Source: Moniliella sp. 'wahieum'
Taxonomy: Eukaryota
Direction of reading: 5' to 3'
Assembly (NCBI GenBank): GCA_003971905.1
Contig: RSEE01000013.1
Coordinates: 744,001-808,000 of the forward strand
DNA length: 64,000 nucleotides
Both the position numbers and the translations under genes were made by a program. Positions 1-13,380 of the stretch are shown piece after piece; the stretch's first letter is position 1; every line of letters begins with the position of its first letter. The notes beneath the pieces were generated by a model. It made no database searches, was not told the origin of the DNA, and saw nothing but the letters and a program-made list of their open reading frames with translations.

Positions 1-236
1 GCCTCGTCCCATCCTCTTCCTCCACCGTAGGTCTCTCTATAAATCCACAGCGAAGAGCCGGAAACGGGACTGATGATGTCACCGAAGTTTCATGAATGTC
101 GGAGTAAATGATATCATCGATCGTCGGAACGTGTGGAACGGGGCGGAATTAAAAAGCCCGAGAGGGAAGCTTCAGATTTTCAGCAGTGGCTCGCTCTCCG
201 CTCGGGCTTAGCTCCGCTTTGCCACCACCACCAACC

Positions 237-769
237 ATGGTTCAACTTGAAGAGACGACCGACGAGCACTACCGGCGCGCGCCTACCGATGCTGAGGAAT
301 GGGAGGACGGATGAAGCTGGTAGCGATGTGGTATGTTGTGCCCAACCTCACCTGCATTCATTCCATGTGACTGCGTGCTGATCTCTTTGGCGTTGTAGAG
401 CTCTATTGCCTCGTCGGAGGATGACGAGCCGCTGGACGAGACGCTGGCTGAGCGTCTGGCAGCACTCAAAGATATTGTTCCCCCGGCGCCCGTGCTGCTG
501 TATCAGGCGCAGTGTCGACGGTGACCGGCATCACCTGGGGACTGGGCGCGTTTGCCGGCCGGGCTGCCTGGGTCCTTACCACCTCCGCTCTGTTGGTGGG
601 TCTTCCGTTTGCCCTTGCTGTGGAAGACGAGGCACGGTTCGCGATGCAAGAGCGGGAGATGGGTGCTCAAACGTCCGGCGCTTCTGCCATGCTCGGCAGT
701 GCGCCCGGTGCCCCCCCGACTCCTGCGGGCCAGCAACCGCAGGAAGGCCTGCGCCCGCCTGGTTTCTAA
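237..769 (+). CDS. TOM22: Mitochondrial import receptor subunit Tom22
   Basis: ATG at 237 (MVQLEET), acidic N-terminus, intron 331-398 (GTATGT..GCTGAT..TAG), then ETLAERLAALKDIVP and AWVLTTSALLVGLPFALAVEDE, both Tom22 signatures. Apparent 1-nt frameshifts. Confidence 0.92.
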
Positions 770-1076
770 ACACTACTTGGCCCCCGCTTTCCCTCGGGCC
801 TTCAGGATGGTGAATTGGATGATGCTCTTTGGCCCTGAGCTGGTGGGGAGTACACTTCCCCTTCTCTAGGCTTCAAAAGCCTCTGCTGCGTCGGTTTTCA
901 TTTGCTAGCACGTACCCCCCATCATTCCCTTGTCCCTACGACCATCCACTGTATCCACTTCCCACTTTCTATCATTTCTAGGCTACACTCCATAGCAATT
1001 TGAGAAGGATGTACTGCATTAGAAAGGACCAATAGTAAAATGAACGGGGTCCCGAACCGGCGACCTGGCCAGATCT

Positions 1077-4000
1077 TCAACTCTGCCGCAGAGAAAGCCA
1101 GGCATCACGGGCCTCGACGGCGGCCATGCGGACCGTGCGAAGAGGATCGTCGATGCCCCGTCCAGTGATAGAGAGTGTGCGTTGGACCTCTGCGCGCCGC
1201 GGCCAGACCGAATGGTTGGCAAGGTGAGGGCCAGTGCCCGCAGCGCCCACAATGCGGCTAGCCGGTCCTGATCCTCAACGGCAGTGAGGGAGCGCAACAG
1301 CGAGGACAACAGGGACCCCACATGTTCTTCAGCCAAAGCGATAGCATCGACCTCCTCGCTCGCACCCGCGGCGCCAAATCTGCGCTGAGCGAATGGCACG
1401 TGTTCGCGCCAAAATCTCCCGTTCCCGTGCTCTTCACACGAGAAAGCTTGGCGGCGACCAAGGCACCCGCGATTGCCTTGGCGGCAACTGGCTGCCGTGC
1501 GGGCTGCTGTGCCGCAGGGCGCGGACCAACAGAGGCCACACCTGAGCCAGCGAGCTGGAACGAGCACTGGGAGGTACCCGCGGAAGGACCGCAGCTAGCG
1601 CAGCAAGGTAAAATGCCTGGCGTTCCTCCGACGAGCCGTCATCCGCACCGTCGGAAGGAAGACGGTACCTTCCGCAATAATGCTGGAAGCAATGCAGCAG
1701 CAGTACGCTGCCGTGCCAACTTCCTCACCGTGTGTCCATTCTCCGTCGCAAACAGCCCAGGGGACCCTTCAGCGACCCTGGCCAAGCCAGCGACAATCGA
1801 GGAAGCAACGGGCGCAGACACCCTGGTGCCAAAGTGCAGCAAGGCTGTGAGCATTTTCCACGCATCTGGAGACAAGCGAGCCGCCAAGGCTTGAACCACG
1901 AGATAGGCATGTAGCCCTGCTTGGACCATTTCGGGGGAAGGTGTGCCTCCAGTAAGGACGGGAGGGATGTCCAGTTCTTTAAGGGCACCTGCAAGCTCAT
2001 CCTGGGGCAGAGAGCCAATCCCCAAGGTCGAGTGAAAGACATACTGCAGTACCGTCTGTAGCGCAGGCGGCGGAGTGGTGGTGAAGGGGGCCTTGTTGAG
2101 TGCATCTGCCAGTCCCAGGCTCACTGCGCGCCTGGCCAACGTTCCAACCGGCTGTAGCAGCACAAGTGCCAACAATGCTGCCCAACGAGCCGCCACTTTC
2201 TCGCCCTCGAAGTAAGAAGGGAGGCCAGCAACGATACTGACAGGAGAAGCGACTGCCCAGCGGATACTTCAGAAATAGTGGACTTTGCTGTGCCTCTAGG
2301 CACGAGAGGCATGTACTGCGAGCCGCTCCAAGGCCTGGCAAATACTTGCTTGCTTCTGTCCGATCGCCTGTCGTAATTGCACTGCGAAGAGCGGGAGCGA
2401 GCTGGGCTTGATGGGACACGGACCGGGCTAAGACGGTGGCCAGAGCTGCCCCGTCGGCGACCAAGGCATCCCATCGTGCAGGAAGAGGGAAGTCAATCAT
2501 AGTGAAGACCTCCAACAGAGTGACCAGCAGCTGTGTTGCTCCTGCCGCTTTTTCCTCCGTCACAGGCGACTGCAGGCTGGCTAGGGTGTGGAGTGCGGCA
2601 ATGAGCGCCCGAACATAGCCTACAGCACCGAACCCACCATTGCGGGTTGCTTTGACAGACTCGGGCAAACGAGCAGCCAGAATTTCTTGCGCTGCTTCGT
2701 CAACACAGGAACCTGGGCTTGAGAGACGAGCTGGGTCAGGAGCCCAGAGCATGACGCAAGGCCGCACGGCACACAACCACCTGCTCTCCTCCCGAAACCT
2801 GTTCCGGAGATGGGAGGCTAGCATCCAAACGGGGCAAGACCAAAGAGGCCACCACGGCTGCACCCAAATCGGAGGCTTTGCCACCGCAGATAGTGAAGCA
2901 CACAGTTGACTCTGGCTTCACCGTCCGTCGTAGGCTTCGGCTTACCACCCTCCATGGGTACCAGAGTGTCACACATAGCTTGGACCAAAAGTTGAACCTC
3001 ATCTTGGGTAAGGAGACCAGGCACACGAATAGCAGCGACTGCAGCCGCCAAGCCTGCAGTACGGCTCGACGAATCGGTTTCGCTCATCCTCCTGTTGAGG
3101 CGGGGGCCACACCAGCATGCAAAGCGGCGAGAAGGCTTGGACGGAAGCGCTCCAAGGGGCGATCGTCAAGTTCGTATGAGCGAGTGCGGCCCCGAGAAAA
3201 GTCCGGCAGGTGGGACAGCTCGTCCACTTCATCATTCTCCGATGAATTGATCTTGCCACGTCCGGCCGCCGAGGCAAAAGCAGAGGAACGACCATTGTAA
3301 CAGTCGCTCATGCCAGCCAGAAGGGTAGCCAGTCCCCTCATGCGCTGGCACGAGAGTCCGGAGTGGCATCAGCGTCCCCGGAAAAAGGTTTGAGTAGCGC
3401 TTCGGTGCCGGCATATAGAGCGAGGTGTGAGGTGCGAGCCGTGGCACGAACCAAGCAGCCAACACCGAAGGAGCGTATTGCGCCTCCTCCAAGCTGGAGA
3501 AGGGCGAGGAAGAACTCTAGCAGTTCAAGCATATCCGACGTGATCAACGGCGCAAGCCCCTCTGGCGGTGGAAGGTTGCGATCCTCATTGGGAGGATCGG
3601 GATAGAGGGTGCGCAAGAGAGAGATGAGTGTATCCTGAGCTGCAATCTGGGTATTGGACCAGATGGGCGAGTCAGCCTCTCCCGCTGACGGGTGGATGAG
3701 CTCAGGACGCAAGGCTTTCCACAAGCTCGGGGCAAATTTTCCTGATTCGACGGGGCCATACACAGGCAATGCGGCAGTGAGCGTGCGGAGAGTGTCCCGG
3801 CGCGACCGACCTGCCGTGGCAGCAAGCTTCTCCTGTATCACAGGCAAGGCGAGTGGGGCCAAACCAGGGTGGGATGATAGAACCTGCCGTAATTTGAGTC
3901 GCAAGGTTGATGCTGATGGCCCGGTACCACCAGGAGGGGCGCGGAAGGTAATGGGAAAGTAGCAGAAGCTCACATCGAACAGACCCTCTAGTGCTCGCTG

Positions 4001-4942
4001 AGCTCGGGACGATGTCGACATATGACCCTCCGTCTGTGTAGCAGAAGCATCCAGTCGGGGACAATTCGGTCCGTATTCCAACAAGATGACCTTGTCGAGA
4101 GGGAAGAGGATATTAAGATTCCGCGGATCCTTCTCTCCCGCCAAATTCGCATATCCAGGCAGGAACTGCCAGAGAAGCTTGGGACGGCGAAGAATGTCAC
4201 GCCTTTCAGCAACCAACTTGTCCACCAGGAGGTAGATGAGCATGCGCACACCCTGACTCAGACGTTGCATCATGCTCGCCAGGCCCTGAGGCGATTCGGT
4301 GCTGTCTTGCTGGGGTGCATCCGCTTCAAGCGCTGGTCCAAAAAGAGCATCGCAGACCGACTGGGTCGCCTCGGCGCCAAATGTGTCACAGGGAACCAAT
4401 GCAGTGAGAGCAAGGATAGAGCTGGCCAGCATTTCGGCCCCGGGCGGTATCGCGACAGTCGGCCATCGCTTGTCTGGCTCCGGTACCGGCCCTGTGGGGG
4501 CAGGAGCGGAGAGGGCAAGCCCAGCGGCATCGTCCAAAGTGGATGAGAAGAAACCAGCTAGGGTTCGTGTCGCTTGGCGACTCAGTTCCTTGTTGGTCTT
4601 GTCTTGGGCGGCGGCACAGACGACCTGGGATAGGAGCTGAATGGCCCTGCTGCGACGGGGTGCGTTGGTGGCGTCGGTCATGCTGGGGCCAAGCAGCTTA
4701 CCAAGTGCAAAATCCCGAGTACTGGGGGAGCACCGAGGCCAATGGGAGGCGGGCAGCAGCGATCGCATGAGGGAGTTCGTCGGCGGGCAGGACGCCGGGG
4801 GTAAGGTAGGTTTGCACCGCAGCTTCGGCCGCCGGGAGATCGACCATGCCCACGTCTGAGGTAGGGGCACGGGCGGATCAGGGCGGGACGGCTGGGCGTC
4901 GCCCTCGGCAGGGCTGGTGGTAAGGGCCCAGAGCTTGCTCAT
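1077..4942 (-). CDS. MMS19: MMS19/Met18 cytosolic Fe-S assembly (CIA) targeting HEAT-repeat protein
   Basis: ORF 3338-5233 has GEKDPRNL and FDVSFCYFPITFRAPP (MMS19 N-terminal motifs). The C-terminal DDPLRTVRMAAVEARDAW matches the MMS19 C-terminus. Split over several ORFs by frameshifts. Confidence 0.88.
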
Positions 4943-5625
4943 AGGGAAAGGAGGGGTGGTGGTGAGGGGGAGGAGGCGTGTGCGATGACTTTGCAACGGA
5001 GATGTGCTGCCTCGTGCAAAATTAGCCAACTGGGTGCGACGGGACATGCCGACATGCAGCGGCAGGGCTGAGACGCGAAGAGGCCGCAGGAGAGAGGCCC
5101 ATGTGTGAAATATTGCAGGTGGGCCGCTGATCGATGATCGATGATCGCTGGTCGCTGATGTTTCGGTGGTTCTAATGGCACCCCTCGGCTTACACAAGGC
5201 CGGCCTTATCCCCGGGCCCGAAGTACGCCGCAAGTAACCCGGCCGGTTGGGCGGGAAATCTTCTCGGCTGTCCGTCCAGGCAAGCCGGATTCAAGTTCAA
5301 GCATGGATGCGATCGATGAGGACGAGGAGTGGGTGAGTGACTAGGAAGCGCTGAGTACGAGTGTACTGAGTAGGATTGGGAGTTTTGGATGGGCTTCAGG
5401 CCGCGATGGCCTGCTTTGGTCCGCAGCGCCTCACGACTTGCGCTGCCCAACCTGCTGCCCCACCTTGGAAGCGGCTAGCCGGCCTGTCGTCGGACGAAAT
5501 ATTTTCTTGGTCAGTCCTTTCTCTCACCTTGCAACAGCTGTCCCACCCCCACCATCAACCGGCCCACTCACTCCGAGCCGCACCCGTCTCCACCTGCCAG
5601 TCATCCCACTTTGTGTTGCTCAAGC

Positions 5626-6933
5626 ATGCGCGTCTGCGCCACTCCGCTCCGGGTGCGAGCAGCCACCCAACCGGCCTTGCGCCCCTTCATTCTCCGCTCC
5701 TTCACCTCCACGCGGCCCGCAGCAGTGTATGGCCATCCGAGGCACCTTCTTCTCACCCCCGCAAGGCACCACAGCCCGTCCCCATCTCTGCGGTTAGAGA
5801 GGGTGCCACATGGAGTCCTGACCAGGTTGGCCCAGCACCCCGCCTTCCTCCTGCCAAGAACTCGGCAACATTGGCCGCACTCAAGGCCAAGGGGAGCCTA
5901 TGTACGTGACGAACAATGTCTCTTTTGCGTCCGGAGAGAGACAATAGGGAACGAGGCTAACACGTTTGGACCCTCTCAGTGCTTGCATGACGGCGTATGA
6001 TTACCCCTCTGCCCTGGCATGCCGGCGTCCAATGTCGACATGGTCTTGGTAGGGGACAGTGTGGCCAATGTGGTGTATGGGTACGAGCGTACCTCCGACC
6101 TATCGGTGGAGGAGATGATCATTTCCATCAGAACCGTTGCCCGAGCTCTTCGGCATCCTGGACTGGCTCACTCCCCGTACGCAACTCCCATGTGATGGCC
6201 GACCTGGTCTATGGGACATACGAAGCCTCGGTTCCCGAAGGAGTGCGGGCCGCCATTGAGCTCGTTCGAGCGGGAGCCGATGGGATCAAGGTGGAGGGTG
6301 GAGAAGAAGCATTGCCATTGATCAAGGCGCTCAGTCAGTACGGCCTGCCCGTGATGGCCCACATTGGGCTGCGTCCCCAACGAGCCCCGGCTCTGACTGG
6401 GTTCAAGGTCCAGGGGAGCGATGCACAGGCAGCCGTGGAGGTGGTAAAGGATGCTCTAGCAGCGCAAGCTGCAGGGGCTTCCTCCCTGCTGGTTGAAGCT
6501 GTGCCACAACTGGTTGGGGCCGAAATCAGTCGTCAGGTCACGATCCCAACCATTGGCATTGGAGCTGGGGTGAACACGGATGGTCAAATTTGGTCCAGCA
6601 TGATGTATTGGGCGACCTTACCTCCCCCGGCGCTGTTTTGCCACCTCGAGTACAGACTTCCCCTTCAGGATTCGGCGTTCCTTTGGCTCACGAACTCACT
6701 CCCCCCCGGCTCGGTTCGTGAGGGTTTACTGACCAAGCCGTGGAGGCAGCTAATACCGAGCTTGATCCCCCGCCCACTGGAAGATAACAGTGGGCTCAGT
6801 GCGTCTGCATGCCATCGCATCGTATGTGGCCGCCGTTAAGAATCGCTCGTTTCCCGCGTCGTCTGAGGTGTACAAGATGCGCAAAGAGGAGCGAACAGAG
6901 TTTGAAAAACTTGTTGCTGGCCTCAAAGGCTGA
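5626..6933 (+). CDS. ECM31: 3-methyl-2-oxobutanoate (ketopantoate) hydroxymethyltransferase, PanB/Ecm31, with mitochondrial-type presequence
   Basis: Motifs DMVLVGDSVANVVYG, VMADL, GIKVEGG, VMAHIGLRPQ and IPTIGIGAG; C-terminal EVYKMRKEE. Intron ~5901-5979 (GTACGT..GCTAAC..CAG). Arg-rich N-terminus. Frameshifts present. Confidence 0.92.
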
Positions 6934-7649
6934 CGCACTTGCAGCAATCATCATGTGCTCGCTTTTCATTGTTTGCTCTAGTTTGCTACTGTCATCGGTG
7001 CCATCCGGCATCTCTATTTCGGACCGAACGCTCTCAATGCAATTGCCATCGTACCCGATGTACAATGGAGTGTACCTTTGAAGCAGGCGCAGCTATGTAT
7101 GCATACGTTCGGGGCTGAACGTTGATGGATGACCAAGTATCAAGTCAAGCAAAGGAAAGCGAGCAGGTCCCTTCATGCCGATCTCATTGCTTCTGCTGCC
7201 ATCTTCTCATCAATACATGTGCCCTGAGCGAACCTCACTTGTCAAAAGAGCTAGTTTCATGCAGAAGTGATGAGCTATAAACTTGCGCATCCGGTACCTC
7301 ATCGGGGGTCGGGGATGGAGAGGGAACAAACACAATTCGGTGTGATCGTCCAGTGGCCAACATCGAGCTCTGGGTAACGACGCACAGTGGAGTCGTTGGT
7401 GCGCTGAAAGGGGGGATGTGCTTCTTCTGGGGGTAAACGTTAGCCCCCCCCGAGCGGGTAAGGCCCAGATCACCAGACACCGCAGGTAAATTGAACGGCC
7501 AAATCAAAGTTCATGACAAGCATCGGCGGAATATAGAGAACCGGATTCCGCCCGGTTCGTACGTTGGCTCTACTCAATTTCCTAGCGAGCCGATGCCCTG
7601 GGGCATCGTCCTCCATCCACGAGCCAATCAGTATTGGGCGCCACCAACC

Positions 7650-8789
7650 ATGTCTAGCATGACGGTCCGGTCGCAGCAGGTCATACTCAAGAACCTCTTC
7701 GCTTTCGTGGCCGTTGCTGCCTTTCCATACTTCCCGTTTATGCATAGCCTGTGGTGGTACGTGCACCCTCCCACCCCCCTCCCTCCCTTGTCCTCTTCTT
7801 ATGGAAGGCGCGGTACTGACTGTGGCTTCTTCTGTCTAGGCGCTTTCTCGATGCTGTGTACTCTACTGTCGGTCACGATATCGACATTTACCTCAACGAG
7901 GCTGTGGTCTGGTCTCGGCGCCTCTTGTTGATCGCATTTTTCTACAATGCGGTGTACGAATGTGTGTCCCTGTACTTTTACGCGGCGCCCCCACCGGTCC
8001 AAGCAACGCCAACGTTCCCCTTTCCGGAACCAACCAGCTGAACCGAATCAACCCAGCGCTCAAATCTAATCCTGACACGCGCTCCATGCCCTCACCCGGT
8101 TTCTCTCCTCTGCGCAACCGCAAAACAGGCCTGGCCAAACCGACTGGTACCACTCCGCAGAGGCTGTCGGGCCTGAGCAAACAAGGTGCTGCAATGAACA
8201 CCCCACCCTCTGGTGCTGGTGTAGCTGGCCGTAGCCTGGCTAGCCCTGGTGCGGGCGCGTCAATGCACCAGCGCATGACCCCATTGCAACAAGCCATTGC
8301 TCTGGCCGCCCAGTCAGCCGCAGCGGAAGATGCCTCCTTGTCGACCGATTGGATCCCACCAAACAACAGCTTTGACCAAGCGCCGAGTTTCCTCCCCCGG
8401 TGGGATCCCTCGGCTCGAACTTATTTGGTGCGCAAGGCTCTTCTTGGGCCGTCCCGCAACTGGGAACGTCCTGCCCTCTTGGGCTTCCTCGTCCCTGGGG
8501 CCGATGCGGGAGCAAGTGGGCTAGGAATGGGGGTCAGCCCACAAGCGGCGATGAAACCGTTTCAGGACCGTCGGGTGCCCAGTGCAGCGGATGGAGAATT
8601 TCTTGGGCGGAAGATGGGGTGGACACGCGATTGATGCAAAGTCTACGCTCCCAATGGGCTGCGAACGATGCGGCAGACGCTGCTGCCTCGGCTGCCTCCC
8701 GTCCTTTGGGAGGCAATTCAGCGTCCTTGCTACGCTCCAATGCGCCTCGGTTGCGCGCCACTGCTACCGGTTTCGGGATGGGTCGGTAA
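7650..8789 (+). CDS. Hypothetical membrane protein: two N-terminal hydrophobic helices and a Ser/Pro-rich tail (Pom34/TMEM209-like architecture, tentative)
   Basis: ATG 7650. Intron 7757-7839 splices in frame (..HSLWW|RFLDAVY..). Second helix RLLLIAFFYNAVYECVSLYF is followed by SP/TP-rich ORFs. 3' end uncertain. Confidence 0.5.
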
Positions 8790-9345
8790 CGAGTGTATCA
8801 AGTTCGGTATGATGTGTGAGCTTCTCTGTGCGCACAGCCCCCCTCACAGCCTCCCCCTTTTATTCCGCCTCAACCTTTATACCGTCCAGGTCGCCGTATT
8901 GCTTCATCTTAAGCAGCAAGATAGGGTATGGTCGCCGTAGTGTCCTGGTGTTTTCCTCATCCGCTGTCCCATGTGAAACGTAACGCGTAACCTATAAATG
9001 AGAGTTGTACTTGTAATGGCAGCCACTCCCTTCCAAGTCGGAAACTCACCTGAGAAGTCCGCTTGTTCGCATCTTAGGGTGCATTGGTCTCTGATCATCG
9101 ACCACAGAAGATAGATAGTACCCCAAACCAACGTTGTGCCGCCATTGCGAGATGCGAGGGCACCGAGCGGATCGATGCATATTCCATTGCATCCCACAAC
9201 ACCATATGCGCACCAAGTGTTACGGGCGTACCTCGGCCCGATCGTAGAGGCAGAGACAGTGAACTAAAGTAAAGAGCAGAGCAGGGATGTGGGGGCAGAG
9301 CATGAAGCCAGAGATGGAGAATGACATTGGCAGAGGTACACCTAC

Positions 9346-9801
9346 TTAGATGCCGGTGCCGAGGTGGTCTGGTCCTTGACAGCGGTCGAGGCCTGGGCAA
9401 ACAGCTCTCCAGCTCGGGTCTGCAACAGTTTCAAACGTCGAAGCTGAAGTGGGTGCTGCCTTGGCTTCGGGCGAGCCAGCAGGAAGGACTCGCACGTTAG
9501 GGAGCGTCACGGGGTTGGCAATCCGCTGGCAATCAGAGTACGAGCTGCCCAGGCCATACCCGAGTCCAATCCAGATGGGCCATGCGCGGCCTAAGGCATG
9601 CACGTTGACACGTTAGCTGGGCGTCCTGCTGGGCACATCGCGCTGGCCTGGCACGCAGAGAGAATGCAAACGTACGCTTGAACACAAGCAGCGACAAGAC
9701 TGCGCCCGAAGCAAGGCCGAGGCCGGTGGTGACGACGCCGTTGGCGATGCACAGGTCGGTACGCTCGCCAGTCAAACCAGTGGGGGGGGAGTGGTAGCCA
9801 T
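9346..9801 (-). CDS. MIC10: MICOS complex subunit Mic10 (DUF543)
   Basis: DLCIANGVVTTGLGLASGAVLSLLVFKR|RAWPIWIGLGYGLGSSYSDC, with GxGxGxG motifs, joined across intron 9591-9675. C-terminal end approximate. Confidence 0.9.
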
Positions 9802-9860
9802 GCTGAAGGGATGGTGGATGGTGGATGGGAGACAGAGATGGAGCGCCAAGGCAAAGCTCG

Positions 9861-9912
9861 CGTGTGCGCTGTGCTGTGTGCGCTGTGCTGTGTGCGCTGT
9901 GCTGTGTGCGCG
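9861..9912. repeat. 14-bp tandem repeat (GTGTGCGCTGTGCT)x~3.5 upstream of MIC10
   Basis: Directly visible tandem copies. Confidence 0.8.
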
Positions 9913-10549
9913 GTTGCTGTAAGGCTGGCTTGGCCATTTGTAACGCCGGCAGGATGGCACGGCGCCAGTGTGTCCGCAGTTCTGCAACTTGCAACATCGC
10001 CCGTGCCATCGCATCCATTTCTCAACCTGACGGGATGAACCAAGTACCTGAGCTTGAGCCTCGCCTTGACCTCAGGCTTCATTCAAGTCAGGCTTGATCG
10101 CAGCCGCTCCATGATCATGCGAATCTGTGCCCCAGGCACCTCCGCGCGGACCCTATCTATGACGGGCACATCTGCAGTATCGTTCATTCACCACTCGTCT
10201 GCCAAAGCTACCAACGCCTACTCGCCAGTCCCCCCTGGGTCCGAAGAGGACCGGGCAGAGGGATGCAAGAGAAATACGTTGATCAGGAGAACCACTCATG
10301 CACCCTCCTCCTGAGGGAGAGGCCATGCGCAAGATAAGCCACACCCAGAAATACGCAGTACATGCACATGCTGTACCCGATACCTCAAGCTTAGCTTTAC
10401 AGGGCTCGCATCCAGGGGCATGACGAGGTGCGAGCGTGAGGGGGGGGGAGGGGTAGCACCCGTCCAAAGGGAGACAGCCCTGCATTCTCTTTCCGAATCC
10501 AAACTAGGGAGTCCCGCTCGGGCAGGAAACCAGCATACCAAGGGCACGT

Positions 10550-11135
10550 TTACAGTTGGATTCCCGCAGGGCCGCCTGCCCGTCCGCCGCCGCGTCCGCG
10601 CCGCGGTACTGCCCGAGCCACCCCATTGGCCCCCTCCTCGTCCGCCGCGGTGACCGCCCCGCCCACGCCACCACGCTGACCCCTGCTTCCCTGCGCTCCC
10701 TGTGTTCTCACGCTGCCGTTGGCGCCGCGCTGCTTCCTCTTGCTCCTTGGCTTGGTCGATCACCGCGTCGGCCGGCAATGCGTGTGTACTTGATCTGCGC
10801 GCACCATGTCACAAGTCAGAGGGTCAGTTCCAACCATTTCAAGGAGCCGGGCACGTACAGTGGATCCACGAATGTAGCATTCTGGCAACTTCCAGAATTT
10901 CTCTCCGTCCTGCAAGGGGGGAGCAAGATGAAGGTCAGCAACGCGAGGAGTCCACGAAATGGGAGGCGAAGGCAGCAGAGTGCCAACGTACTGCGCTGGT
11001 CTGGTAGACTTCCTTGAGCACAAGGTTCATAAACGCATCGCAGGCCGCAAGGTGTCCGTTGAACGTTTCTCCGTTCTTGAGTTCGACGAGCATGGGCTTG
11101 CCCACGGCAGCATTGAGCAGGGTGAGTGGTAGCAT
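10550..11135 (-). CDS. LSM4: U6 snRNA-associated Sm-like protein Lsm4
   Basis: [37 protein letters not shown]..|[20 protein letters not shown]; introns 10910-10991 and 10795-10858; RGG-rich tail. Confidence 0.95.
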
Positions 11136-11418
11136 GGTGCCCGAGTGATCGTTGGTGCAGTGTCGATGTTTGCACCTCGGCTCGGTTTTGGCACCAGCAC
11201 CAGGCAGGCAGAATGAGCCCTCGTCAATTACGTAATCCACCGCCGATTCTGCTCTCCTCATTCGCATTTGCCAATTAGTTCGTTGGGTCGAGGTCGCCTG
11301 GGATCCTACCCGGTAGGTCTTGGACAGGGCAAGGTAGAAGAACGACACCGACACCACTCTATCGACAAGATCTACATCCTCCGTTGCACCATGCCGCAGG
11401 AGCACCGACGTCTATAAG

Positions 11419-12993
11419 CTAGGCCGGGCTGAATAGAGATGATGAATTGACGCTGCCGGCGGGGCGAACGACCAACCGAATAGATGGTCGCTCAACGTTA
11501 TTATAGTCGTTCATCATCGCCGAGAAATCAAGCTGCCACGCGCCGAGTTGGGCTGGGTGGCATTGGTAAAATCCAGCTGACTTAGGTCCAAACCGGCGGG
11601 GGAGGTCCGAAATCAAATTCATCCATGTTGAAGTCGGGAGTGGAGAGAGAGTGTGAATGAGGAGCGGCACTGGATCCCCCATCAGGTAAGGCATCGGGCA
11701 CGTTTAAGGTGGAATCGATGGCTGTTGGGCTCCCCCGTGGCAGGAACAGGCTCGGCACAGCCGCGGGCGCAGCCGCGGGAGCAGCCCGGGTTCAGTCACA
11801 GACGATGACGCAAAGACGGATGCAAGTGCAGGCGTGGGCACAGGCGCAGTTGCCAATGGAGGCGCGGCCGAAAGTGGAGCCGATGCATTCTCACCCTCGC
11901 CACAATGGAGTGAAGCAAGGCCAGTGGTGGAAGTATTTGGCCCCGAGGAAAGAGCCGGTCCCGGCGGCGTTGAGGCTGGGCTGCGACACCGAGTAGGGGA
12001 CTAGTTGGAGGGGACTGCTGGACGAGGAGGCTAAGTTGATCACCTTGGCCAAAGGCGATGCCGTATGCTCATCTTCCGACGTCAGGTCCACCACGCCCGT
12101 GGCTGGGCCTATTGTTGCGGGCGCAGGGTGTGGGGGCGCATGGGGAGTCGAGGTAGGCATAACCGCTGGGGCGGGGACAAATACTGGAGGGCTAGCAGTA
12201 GATCCAGGAGGGACGATAGATGAAGCTTGTGGCGTGGCCTTTCCGGTTTCCTGAAAGGGGGATCCTGCGTCGGACGGCTTGATTGACGTGGAGGACATGG
12301 GAGGCTGGGTAGGTGGGTCGAGGCAAGTGCCGGGGAGGAAGTAGAGGGCGGCACGTCCAAGTCCATGGCGTCCGGGTTGGCCAGAGGCAGTGCAGATATG
12401 GAAGACGCAGTTCGCTGTGGGGGGTCGGCGGGGGGGGAGGCGGCAGGGATGAGAGGCGGGACAAGGGTAAGGACATCGGGCACAGCGGCTGTGTTAGAAG
12501 GGGGTGCAGTTGGTGCATCGGGCACATCAGACGGGTGAGCGAGGGGGCTGGGGGCGTAGGCCAGAACGGGCGAAGGAGGTGGGGAAGGTGCGTCGGGTCG
12601 CTCCAGACGCTCCAGCTCGTCGAGAAGGGCAGTTTGCGCGGTGGCGAGCCAAGTGCGGAGCGTTTCGATGCCAGCGCGGTACGCAGCATGGGCTCTCCGC
12701 ACCGCCAGCAACTCGGTCGGTTCGCAGGTGAGGGTGGCGTTGGCGCGGATGGCAGCGTTGGGGAAGACAGAAGGGTGGCCTGCGGCAGAAGCAGAGGCAT
12801 CGCCCTCGCTCGCGGAGCCAGAAGACGACCGGGAGGCCATCGCACTGATGCGGGCTGCATCGGCGCGCCATTGCATGGCTACTGCGGTGGCCTCGGCAAG
12901 GGCTTGGCATTGGGACTCGATGTCCTTGAGAAGCGCACCGGGGGCGCGTTGCATCATGCTCGCAGTGAGCTTCTCGCGTGGGGCAGGTGGCAT
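11419..12993 (-). CDS. Hypothetical protein (N-terminal helical/coiled region, Pro/Ser-rich remainder)
   Basis: 294-aa ORF from ATG 12993 continues into overlapping low-complexity ORFs (11891-12298, 11419-11694). No recognisable domain; 3' end uncertain. Confidence 0.5.
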
Positions 12994-13380
12994 GGCGCGG
13001 CCTGGGCGTGGCTGGACGAGTGGTGCTTGGTGGGTACTTGGGCTTGTTCAAGTAGGTAGCCGTCGCGGCAGGAACCACACGCGCTTGCCGCTCTTGAAAC
13101 TTGAAGTTTAGCTGGAGCTGAGCCTTTGAGCGTTGCTGTAGTTACCAGGGTTGTCGGAAACCAGTTGATATAGTTTTCCTTTTCCTTTTCCTTGCCAAGT
13201 ACCACAACCTCTACAGAACATCAGGAGGACCCGCTGCTGCCGCCGGGCCAATTTATCCACAATCGTACATTCACACTTCCCCTGTCCCACTTATCAGCCT
13301 CCAGGCGGGTTCGTACTCAGGAAAAGACGTAAGAAGCACCCAGCTGACCCTTAGGCCTCTCACGTCTCAGATCTCACGCC

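Noticed and set aside
7235..7507. 90-aa ORF between ECM31 and the membrane-protein gene
   Set aside because: Non-ATG start and no motif; not supportable as a gene.
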